36,553 nt of DNA from Syntrophales bacterium (GTDB taxonomy: Bacteria > Desulfobacterota > Syntrophia > Syntrophales > UBA2185): NCBI GenBank assembly GCA_035515335.1, contig DATJBN010000144.1, forward strand, positions 1 through 36,553. The letters are read 5' to 3'. Shown here piece by piece: positions 1 through 7,762 of this stretch. A model generated the notes under the pieces. It had not been told where the DNA came from, made no database searches, and saw nothing but the letters and a program-made list of their open reading frames with translations. A program made the position numbers and the translations under genes. Each line of letters begins with the position of its first letter. Position 1 is the first letter of the stretch.

Positions 1-1646
1 AGACCAAGGTTGTCGTTGCCGAGACGGACCCTCGGGTATGTTATCAGGGCCTTGGCCTTGTCCGCAAAAGTGGGAAACGCACCGAGCAGGTCCGCCTTGA
101 TCAGCCACGCTGCGGCATGGTGCGCGCCTATGTCGCTCGCGGCCGCGTACGACGCTTGCATGGAAAGCGACCGGTGGGTCCTGTAAAGAGAAAAGGGTAG
201 GCCTTTTGTCTGCATGGCGAATTTCATAAGCTCCGGCGTCGGGTCTTCTTTGCCCGTTCTTTTCATGTACCCCTTTGAAACCCACGCGAGGAGTCGCGGC
301 AAACCCTTCCCTGCAACTCTCGCGCACTCGGTCTCTCCTTTTGCCATCTGATGCAGGAAACCGAGCATCGCCTTTTCATTTCCCCATGTGAGCTCAAGAC
401 CGTCCGTGTCATCCTTCGTAAGATAACGCCTCTGGAAACACTCCATCAAAAACGCGATGATGACGGCTGCCGTTATCGTATCGATGCCGTAGTTGTCGCA
501 GTGCCAGTTGGCCTCCATCACTGCCTCCGCATTCCATATGCCAAGGTTGGAGCCGAATCCTCCCGCAGTCTCATATTCAGGGCCGTCGACCCAGGCCTTC
601 TTGCCTTTGTCATCGCCTGTCGACAGCGTAACCCATCCACCCTTGGTGCACTTCAGGGAGCAGCCGGGGTAACAGCCGTCCATCCCTCTGTGGTCGAACA
701 GGTTCTCTGCGTAGAATTTACCGCTGATCTGTTCCGCCTGGGGATCGGAGCCGTACTGGTAATTCTTAACAGGCAGTGACTTGTAGTCATCTTTATTCAT
801 GAAGCTGATGAGTCCCGCGCTCCCCTTGCGGGACATCTTGAGTGATACGGGATCGACCTCCCTCACAACCTTGGAAAGCTTCACTCCCGCCTTCTTTGCC
901 CTCTCCCAGTCGGCGGCGCCATAGGGATTTTCGCCGTGAGGGTATTCCGCGAGTATGATGACCGAACGTATCTTCTTATCGAACATGACGGAGCCGAGGC
1001 CTGTTCTTCCCGCCTGCTTCGTTCTGAAAAAACCTTTTTGCCCGTCTGCGATTTTTGTGGGATCAAAATAATGGCTGTTGATGCAGCCGAAAGTTGTGGC
1101 GGCCGCGCCCACGCCGGTTGTGACAAAGGCCATATTCTTTTTATCATAGCCTTCGCGCTCGAATCTGTCGGCAATGAACTTTTCCAGCTCAAATACGCGC
1201 TCTATCTGCGGCGCTTCAATTAGCTTCACCTCATTCTTGAGGCCGTCGACGATTATGAAGACATCCTTCTTCGCTTTTCCTGTGATCTCGATTACGTCGA
1301 ATCCGGCAAACTTCATATGCGCACCGAAGTGCCCGCCGAAGTTGGACACTCCCGCGATTCCCGTGTGGGGAGAAAGGGAAAGGGCCATGCACTTGCTCGT
1401 TCCGGGGAAATTGGGAACGCCTGCGAGCGGGCCGGGAGAAAAGATCAGGGGATTTTCCGGCGCGTAAGGGCTCATGCCTGGCATCTCCCGTCTGTAAAGA
1501 AGATACAATCCAAGACCTCTCCCTCCAACAAAATAATCCCTTACACCCGGATCGAGTTTCTTCACATCTGCCGCGCCGCTTTCCAGATCGATGCTGAGAA
1601 TTTGGTCAGCATATCCGCGCGTCAGATTGGATTTCGTGTACTTCAT
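1..1646 (-). CDS. aor: Aldehyde:ferredoxin oxidoreductase family protein (W-pterin AOR), 3' end runs off the window
   Basis: Manual translation from ATG at 1646 (SD AAGGAG at ~1653-1658) gives MKYTKSNLTRGYADQILSIDL...GGRGLG...PENPLIFSPGPLAG...SNFGGHFGAHMKFAGFD, typical of AOR N-termini. The frame is open at position 1 (..RLGNDNLGL), so the ORF track omits it. Confidence 0.9.
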   Translation of the reverse strand, partial: MKYTKSNLTRGYADQILSIDLESGAADVKKLDPGVRDYFVGGRGLGLYLLYRREMPGMSPYAPENPLIFSPGPLAGVPNFPGTSKCMALSLSPHTGIAGVSNFGGHFGAHMKFAGFDVIEITGKAKKDVFIIVDGLKNEVKLIEAPQIERVFELEKFIADRFEREGYDKKNMAFVTTGVGAAATTFGCINSHYFDPTKIADGQKGFFRTKQAGRTGLGSVMFDKKIRSVIILAEYPHGENPYGAADWERAKKAGVKLSKVVREVDPVSLKMSRKGSAGLISFMNKDDYKSLPVKNYQYGSDPQAEQISGKFYAENLFDHRGMDGCYPGCSLKCTKGGWVTLSTGDDKGKKAWVDGPEYETAGGFGSNLGIWNAEAVMEANWHCDNYGIDTITAAVIIAFLMECFQRRYLTKDDTDGLELTWGNEKAMLGFLHQMAKGETECARVAGKGLPRLLAWVSKGYMKRTGKEDPTPELMKFAMQTKGLPFSLYRTHRSLSMQASYAAASDIGAHHAAAWLIKADLLGAFPTFADKAKALITYPRVRLGNDNLG

Positions 1647-1739
1647 TCAGTTCTCCTTGCCGCGAACCCTTACTCCTCGCGGTTTTACGCCGCTTCACCT
1701 TCCAACGCAGAAGAGAGTCCGTTTTTTTTCCGAGGGGGC

Positions 1740-1769
1740 ACTATAGGATAAAGCGATTTCCCTTGTCAA
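1740..1769 (-). promoter_or_regulatory. Putative sigma70 promoter for aor
   Basis: Minus strand TTGACA (1769-1764), 18 nt spacer, TATAGT (1745-1740). Confidence 0.55.
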
Positions 1770-1859
1770 TCGGAAAAAGTTTATTGGCTTGACATTCTCT
1801 GCAATTCATGGTTTGGCCTCGGTCAATCAGCAATTGTTGAAATGCGGGGATACTTGAGA

Positions 1860-2723
1860 ATGAATGACGGATGGCTCTGGATCGATGCCCAAGCTAATTT
1901 GGATGAGGCAAGGCGGCTTATATATGATGCACAGATCGTTTCCGTTGACACGGAGTATGATTCCTTCAGATATTTCCGCGACGTTCTCTGCCTGATTCAG
2001 ATAACCGTCAGGGGAAGGACATGTCTATTCGACCCTCTGGGGCACGCTGACTTTTCTTTTCTGGGAAGTGTCTTTGCCGACCGCGCGGTGCTCAAGGTCA
2101 TGCATGCGGGCGACAACGATGTCCGGCTCTTGAAAAGGAACTACAGTTTCGGATTCGCAAATATCTTCGACACGCATCAGGCCGCATCCATCCTGGGATG
2201 CCGCAATCTTGCTCTCTCGACGTTGACGAACCAGTTTCTCGGTGTGGAGCTCAAGAAGGACAAGAAGATGCAACGCTCAAGGTGGGATACGCGTCCCCTT
2301 ACGGAAGAGCAGATACGGTATGCAGTTGAGGACACTGCGCACCTCGAATCTCTGTACAGTGTCCTCGACGCTGAACTTCAGGCGAGGGACCTCAGGAAGA
2401 AAGCGAGGGCGGCTTTCGAGAGAATAGCGGCCGTTACATGGAGCGAGAAGGTCTTCAACCCGCAGGCCTGTAAGGGCATTAACGGATATCTCTCTCTTTC
2501 GGCAGCGCAGCAGCGCGCCATGATCAATCTCTGCCGCTGGCGTTTTGAAAAGGCGAAGAAGACAAATATTGCACGCTTCAGGATACTCACGGACCAGAAC
2601 CTCGTCGAGCTCGCAAGGTCCGGGGCATCTTCGCTTGAGATGCTCTTGGAGGCCGGCATTTTATCTCCCGAAAGGATAAGCCGTTACGGCCGGGAGATTG
2701 TTGAGGCTGTTAACGAGCGGTGA
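1860..2723 (+). CDS. rnd: Ribonuclease D (DEDDy 3'-5' exonuclease + HRDC)
   Basis: VDTEYDSF..LCLIQI, KVMHAGDND, IFDT, SRWDTRPLTEEQIRYAVED, and a C-terminal HRDC-like region. Alternative start at 1842. Confidence 0.9.
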   Translation: MNDGWLWIDAQANLDEARRLIYDAQIVSVDTEYDSFRYFRDVLCLIQITVRGRTCLFDPLGHADFSFLGSVFADRAVLKVMHAGDNDVRLLKRNYSFGFANIFDTHQAASILGCRNLALSTLTNQFLGVELKKDKKMQRSRWDTRPLTEEQIRYAVEDTAHLESLYSVLDAELQARDLRKKARAAFERIAAVTWSEKVFNPQACKGINGYLSLSAAQQRAMINLCRWRFEKAKKTNIARFRILTDQNLVELARSGASSLEMLLEAGILSPERISRYGREIVEAVNER

Positions 2724-2748
2724 CAATTCGAAACAGGGACATTCGCAT

Positions 2749-4452
2749 TCACCGCTTGAACTTCTCGCCCGCGATGTAGTCCTGCGCTGCTCTGAGGCCC
2801 AGCCATGCGGCCGATACCATGTCATTGAATGATTCATCAAATGCCCATAGCTCCTCGTATGCGCGGGCGCGGATATAGTAGGCCATGGCGTCTTTGCGGT
2901 TTAGGGTGATCGCTCCCGTGCAGTATTCGACAGTCTCTGCAAAGTTGCCGAGCTTGCCGTAGGCGATGCCGCGATAGATGTACGGCTTTGCGTCTCCCGG
3001 CACAAGCTTCATCACCTTATTGAAATCATCGATCGCCCTCTCATACTCACCCGACTCCCACAGGGCGATGCCCCTGTAGAGAAAACCGGTTGCATCGGCT
3101 GGCTTCATATCTTTTATCTTTCTGAATTCGCGAACGGCCCTCTCATAGTCTTCATGGTTCCCATAAAATTTTGCAAAAGAACCGTAATTCATGATGTCCG
3201 CCGGATTTGTCGCGAGAGCAATCTCGTAATCGGAGAGCGCCTTCCTGTAATTGCTGAGACGGCCATATGCTATCGAACGCAGCAGATGGGCCCTCGCATC
3301 CTGTGGGTTCATCTCGATTATGGCATCGTAGTCCTTGATTGCCTTCTCATAGTGTCCTGCCGTCCATTCGGCGACGCCTCTACCGTAATGGGCACTCACC
3401 TGCTTGGGATTGCGCGCAATTAGGCTGTCGTAATATTCCTTGGGCGTCTCCCGGCTTCCGAGTTTCTGATAGGCCTGGGCAAGGCTCGCCCTGGCTTGTT
3501 CGTTCTTTTCATTCTTTCCAAGTGCACGGTGGTAGTCGTTGATCGCCAGTTGGAGGTTGCCCGTCTTTTCGTAGAGTCTGCCACGCTGATAGTAGGCCTC
3601 GGAAGAACCGGCGATTTCAACAGCAATCGTGCAATCCTCAAGACCCTTTTCTATACTTCCCATTTTCTCTTCGAGGACCGCCCGCTTCAGATACAGTGCA
3701 CCTTCCCTAGGGCTGAATTCAATGAGTTTGTTAAAATCGTCTTTGGCCCTCTGGTAGTCGCCCGTCTTTTCAAAGACCTTTCCCCGATAGGTGTAAAAAA
3801 ACCTTTCTTCTTTTTTGAGGTCAATGGCCCTGGTGAAGGCGTCTATCGCTTCCGCGTTCTTCCCTGAGATGAGGGATCTGTATCCGTCAAGGCAAGTATT
3901 CCAGGCGATAAGGTCATCGACAGCACGCCGATATTCGTTCTCCCCCGCAGCATCGGCCCGTTTGGACAGTTTCTTCCACAGCTCGTCGAGTTTCATGAGC
4001 GCAGCATCCGATTCCCTTCCGATGTCAAAGAGGTCTCTGGCCTTTTCGGAATCCTTGCGTAGTCCGTTCAGCGCCTTAACGACAGCAACCGGATCCGCCA
4101 CTACCCTGCCGACGAAGAAAAAAGACTTCCCGTCCCGATCCTCTCTGACCATCTGGACTGTTACCAGTGCCGCTATTAATGTGCTCGTCTCTCTCGGGCC
4201 AAGGAAAAAAGACCCTGCGTCAGTCTTCTCGAGGAGATATTTCGCCAACTCCCCGTAGACAAGTCCCGCGACCCGTGCACGGCCGATCGCCTTTGCGGAC
4301 GATTCCGTGTCCAGGTCAAGAGCTTTGTAAGTGTATTTCTTTTCAAAGGTCCTGATGTCCGCGAAGGATGGCGCGGCCAAGAAGAGTACCGGCATGATGA
4401 CAATGGAATACGTGATAAAGAGGACAGTTCTACGGTTCGTCAAATTTGTCAT
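2749..4452 (-). CDS. Exported TPR-repeat protein
   Basis: Hydrophobic signal-like N-terminus ending ..PSFA, followed by many TPR units (AYYQRG..Y...G...AI.DY). ATG at 4452 with SD GAGGA; the ORF track starts at 4476. Confidence 0.85.
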   Translation of the reverse strand: MTNLTNRRTVLFITYSIVIMPVLFLAAPSFADIRTFEKKYTYKALDLDTESSAKAIGRARVAGLVYGELAKYLLEKTDAGSFFLGPRETSTLIAALVTVQMVREDRDGKSFFFVGRVVADPVAVVKALNGLRKDSEKARDLFDIGRESDAALMKLDELWKKLSKRADAAGENEYRRAVDDLIAWNTCLDGYRSLISGKNAEAIDAFTRAIDLKKEERFFYTYRGKVFEKTGDYQRAKDDFNKLIEFSPREGALYLKRAVLEEKMGSIEKGLEDCTIAVEIAGSSEAYYQRGRLYEKTGNLQLAINDYHRALGKNEKNEQARASLAQAYQKLGSRETPKEYYDSLIARNPKQVSAHYGRGVAEWTAGHYEKAIKDYDAIIEMNPQDARAHLLRSIAYGRLSNYRKALSDYEIALATNPADIMNYGSFAKFYGNHEDYERAVREFRKIKDMKPADATGFLYRGIALWESGEYERAIDDFNKVMKLVPGDAKPYIYRGIAYGKLGNFAETVEYCTGAITLNRKDAMAYYIRARAYEELWAFDESFNDMVSAAWLGLRAAQDYIAGEKFKR

Positions 4453-4460
4453 GATTTCCT

Positions 4461-4771
4461 CTGGATGCCCGATCAAGCCGGGAATGACAGGAGAAGAAAT
4501 GAACAGACCTCAAGGTCTGCGCCATGTACAAGCATTTCTCTCTTCCCTTTCAAAAACGTCAACAAGAGGATCAATGGATTCCTGCTTCCTCGGAAATGGC
4601 GTTGAAGGGGCGGGAATTGCAGAAGATTGCCCCGGCACTGCGTGCCTCGCAATGAAAACATCCCGGATTCTTGAGCAGGTGTCATAATAAGAACAACATC
4701 ATTCCAAACAAAAGTAAGGAATCATAATTCATTCGGTAAAGAACAGGATTTCTCCCTGAGGTCGAAATGAC
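4461..4771. repeat. Cluster of four REP-like (GTCA/CGTC-type) imperfect palindromes
   Basis: Minus-strand reading: GTCATTCCCGGCTTGATCGGGCATCCAG (4461-4488), GCCATTTCCGAGGAAGCAGGAATCCA (4575-4600), TCATTGCGAGGCACGCAGTGCCGGGGCAATCT (4624-4655), GTCATTTCGACCTCAGGGAGAAATCC (4746-4771). All share a (G)TCATT-like start, an internal hairpin and an ATCY end. Confidence 0.7.
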
Positions 4772-4785
4772 AATGGAAGGATGCC

Positions 4786-5166
4786 TCAAGATTCAACCTT
4801 ATAAATATTATTTTCGACGAGGAGTTCCGTCGCCCTCTTGAGACGGAGGGAGAGGGTTCTCAAGATGACCTGGAAATGCTGCGACAGCTTGTTATACTCC
4901 TGGTCCAGAAAGTCACGGTCGATGAGTCCGACCATCGTCTCTCCAACAGCCCGCGCCGTAGCAGTTCTGGGAATGCGGGCGAGATAGGCGATCTCGCCGA
5001 AGACATCGCCGGTCTGCAGGACCGTGATCACGGCCCTTCCACCTTCCGCTGCCTTCGACAGCTCCACAGAACCGGATTCAATCGCATAGATCCAATCACC
5101 GTGACTCCCCTCTTCGAAGATAGTCTGGCCGTCTTGATACGTCTCATAAGATGCAATTGGTATCAT
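4786..5166 (-). CDS. Stand-alone cyclic nucleotide-binding domain protein
   Basis: IFEEGSHGDWIYAIESGSV..GDVFGEIAYL..PRTATARA, with no C-terminal HTH. ATG at 5166 with SD AAGGAG. Confidence 0.88.
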   Translation of the reverse strand: MIPIASYETYQDGQTIFEEGSHGDWIYAIESGSVELSKAAEGGRAVITVLQTGDVFGEIAYLARIPRTATARAVGETMVGLIDRDFLDQEYNKLSQHFQVILRTLSLRLKRATELLVENNIYKVES

Positions 5167-5429
5167 ATCCCACACTCCTTGAAATTGTGTCGTTGTTGCG
5201 CTGGCAAAAAACATCAGCCTTCAGTCAGGCACCGCAGAAACTATTTAGCGTCTTCGCTACCGGGCATGCTTTTCCTTCCGGTCCCAAAGGAATCTACCAC
5301 GGAAAAGAGCCAACAGCAAAGGACGATAACGAGGGAGAGCTTCGTATAGACGCCGGAATGATCATAGCACACTGCTTAGGATTAATTCTGCTGCTTTCTT
5401 TATTAGAGGATGAAATCGCGCCCGTCATC

Positions 5430-6302
5430 CTACTCGTTGGGCCGGTAGATTCTCTCTTTCAGGCGTGCCTCACCTTTTCCCTTTGTCTTCTCTTCTACAA
5501 ACCAGTCTATCAGCTGTCGGGCAATGCTTATTTTCCCGGGGATGGTCGGGAGTCGTTCCGGCTCGAACCAGCCTGCATCAGCGACCTCTGTCTCGTCGAT
5601 TACAATCTCTCCGCTTTCATAATCCGCAGTAAAACCTATCATCAGGGAATCGGGAAACGGCCAAGGCTGGCTCCCGAAATAATGGATATTTTTCACCGTG
5701 ATGCCGACCTCTTCCTTTATCTCACGTTGCACGGCCTCTTCCAGCGTCTCGCCCGGTTCGACAAACCCTGCAAGCACGCTGTAGAGTTCTGAAGTGAATC
5801 GCTTCACTCTTGCGAGGAGCACCTTATTATCCCTTTCGACGAGCACGATTATTGCCGGGGAGATACGAGGGAAACTCAGCAGTTCGCAGCAAGGGCACTC
5901 CTTCGCGACCATTCCCCTTGCACGGACTGTCTCCATTCCACAATACCCGCAGTACCTTGTTGTCCTATCCCACTCAATGATATGCACTGCCTTCATCGCC
6001 ACACCATGGAGAGCTCCTTCAAGGCGTCCGTAAAGATACCGGAGCCCGCGAAGGGCCGTTCCGGCGGGAATAGCTGTATCTTCGGAGATCTCGGCGCAGT
6101 AACAGTGAAGTCCGTCAAATGTCCCGAGATACCATTCTCTGATTAGACCCAGTCCGATGTCGGCGGGCTTAATGAAACGAGGAATAGAAACTTCTTCTCC
6201 TTCCTCCGAAACCAAGAGCTTGTCTGCCATGAAGACGAACCACATTGCCCGCTCTATCTTTTCCCGGGGCGGCTCGATTGCAGGAATAAACCTATTGTCC
6301 AT
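5430..6302 (-). CDS. nudC: NAD(H) diphosphatase NudC
   Basis: Zinc ribbon CGYCG..CPCC, Nudix box AGFVEPGETLEEAVQREIKEEVG, and SQPWPFPDSLM signature. Confidence 0.95.
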   Translation of the reverse strand: MDNRFIPAIEPPREKIERAMWFVFMADKLLVSEEGEEVSIPRFIKPADIGLGLIREWYLGTFDGLHCYCAEISEDTAIPAGTALRGLRYLYGRLEGALHGVAMKAVHIIEWDRTTRYCGYCGMETVRARGMVAKECPCCELLSFPRISPAIIVLVERDNKVLLARVKRFTSELYSVLAGFVEPGETLEEAVQREIKEEVGITVKNIHYFGSQPWPFPDSLMIGFTADYESGEIVIDETEVADAGWFEPERLPTIPGKISIARQLIDWFVEEKTKGKGEARLKERIYRPNE

Positions 6303-6368
6303 GCGTCAAATTCTATCCTCTCTTCCTCTCTATGAATGAATGCCGTGATGCGAAGCGAACAGGCTTGC

Positions 6369-6887
6369 TCAAGCTTTGATGAACTCCAAGTCGAGATCGA
6401 TCATGTCTGCCCGGTCTTTCGCGGGCCTCCAGCGCAGTCTCCATTGATAGTTTCGAGTCTGCATATGTGTGACTGCATCCGGTGTCCGGTATTCAGCCCA
6501 CACAACGAAATCCAGCCACCAATCGAGCACCGCTTTGTAACCCCAGAGGTGTACCTTGCTTGCCACACCCGGGTGGGCTGCAATGAGCAGGTCGTATACG
6601 TCCCACTTTACGGCGTCCCCGGGTTGCATTGTATCCGAAATCCCCGTTTTGGACAACGCCCCCGTAGCATCGTGAACTATGCCACGCTCCTGCGCAAAGG
6701 TCGCGTGTGGGATGACGCCTGAGACAACCGTTCGTCCTCTATTTTCAATTGATAGAAGGGCGCGCGTAAATGCGATCTCTTTACCGCCCGCCTTGAGCAC
6801 CGAAGGAACCGCCTTCAGGGATATTTCTAAGCAACGTCCCCGGCCTTCGAGTCCTGTCTCATTAGCATCCGTACCCAACACCGTCAT
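6369..6887 (-). CDS. Hypothetical protein
   Basis: 172 aa ORF filling the gap between co-oriented genes. No family recognised. Confidence 0.65.
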   Translation of the reverse strand: MTVLGTDANETGLEGRGRCLEISLKAVPSVLKAGGKEIAFTRALLSIENRGRTVVSGVIPHATFAQERGIVHDATGALSKTGISDTMQPGDAVKWDVYDLLIAAHPGVASKVHLWGYKAVLDWWLDFVVWAEYRTPDAVTHMQTRNYQWRLRWRPAKDRADMIDLDLEFIKA

Positions 6888-6969
6888 GTACAGTCCCGTC
6901 TCGCATTTTACTCGGAGCTATATCCCATCTCGGGTTTTTTTGCCACATTTTGAAATACACGTGCAATCT

Positions 6970-7677
6970 CTAAAGAGGTGCGGCTACGATGATCGAGACG
7001 ACGCCGAATGCCATATCTTCAGACCGCGTGACCACATATCCCTCTGTGACGAGAAGCCCTTCATATTCCTGCCGTGTCAAGAAACGTTCAATCGAAACAT
7101 GCAGATTAGTGTATGCCGAGGCAAATCCGCCGAAGAATCGTGCGGCCGAAGGAAGCACATAGCGTCCGACCGTGGCCTGAAAGAGCTTCGCTATAGGAGT
7201 TGCCGGCCGGAAGAAGTCGAATATCAGGAATTGCCCCCCGGGCAAAAGCCAGCCTCTGATTTTTTTGAGCATTTCCTCCTGTTTTTCTAGATGCCTCATG
7301 CCAAAGCAAGAGACCACTACATCGAACGATGCGGAAGGCAGATTGAGATCGAGAGCGTCAGCGCAGATGATCTCGACCTGACTCCTCATGTGTAGCGGAA
7401 TATTTGCGCGACCAAGTTCAAGCATGGGATGGCAAAAGTCGACGGCCATGACGCGGGCATCGGAAAAGCGCTGGAGCATAGTCCGCGTGCAGGGAAGCGT
7501 TCCTGCGCACAGGTCGAGGATGTTCGGCGTCGGCCTTCTCTCGACCGAAGCAACCAAACGTTCACGCCAGTGCACATCGAGTCCCAGACTCAGCACGTGA
7601 TTCACCCTGTCGTAGGACTTGGAAAAAAGGGCAAAATGATCAGCAAGCGATGAAGACATAGTAAAATTTTCGTTCAT
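6970..7677 (-). CDS. UbiE/MenG-family SAM-dependent methyltransferase
   Basis: YDRVNHVLSLGLDVHWR, ILDLCAGT, VDFCHPML, DALDLNLPSASFD..FGMRH, AY..L..SI.RF. Alternative start at 7659. Confidence 0.88.
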   Translation of the reverse strand: MNENFTMSSSLADHFALFSKSYDRVNHVLSLGLDVHWRERLVASVERRPTPNILDLCAGTLPCTRTMLQRFSDARVMAVDFCHPMLELGRANIPLHMRSQVEIICADALDLNLPSASFDVVVSCFGMRHLEKQEEMLKKIRGWLLPGGQFLIFDFFRPATPIAKLFQATVGRYVLPSAARFFGGFASAYTNLHVSIERFLTRQEYEGLLVTEGYVVTRSEDMAFGVVSIIVAAPL

Positions 7678-7762
7678 TTTGACGAAATGTCAATGACTTT
7701 CTAATGGTCGTTGCAATCCATTTACACAGCGGATATCATTGAATGTAGATTGGAGGTTTAAC

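Noticed and set aside
351-1751. Plus-strand ORFs 351-779, 936-1223, 1174-1467 and 1317-1751
   Set aside because: They are antisense shadows of the AOR gene with no recognisable motifs.
4461-4771. Palindrome cluster as a CRISPR array
   Set aside because: The units differ in sequence, spacing is irregular, and there are no cas genes.
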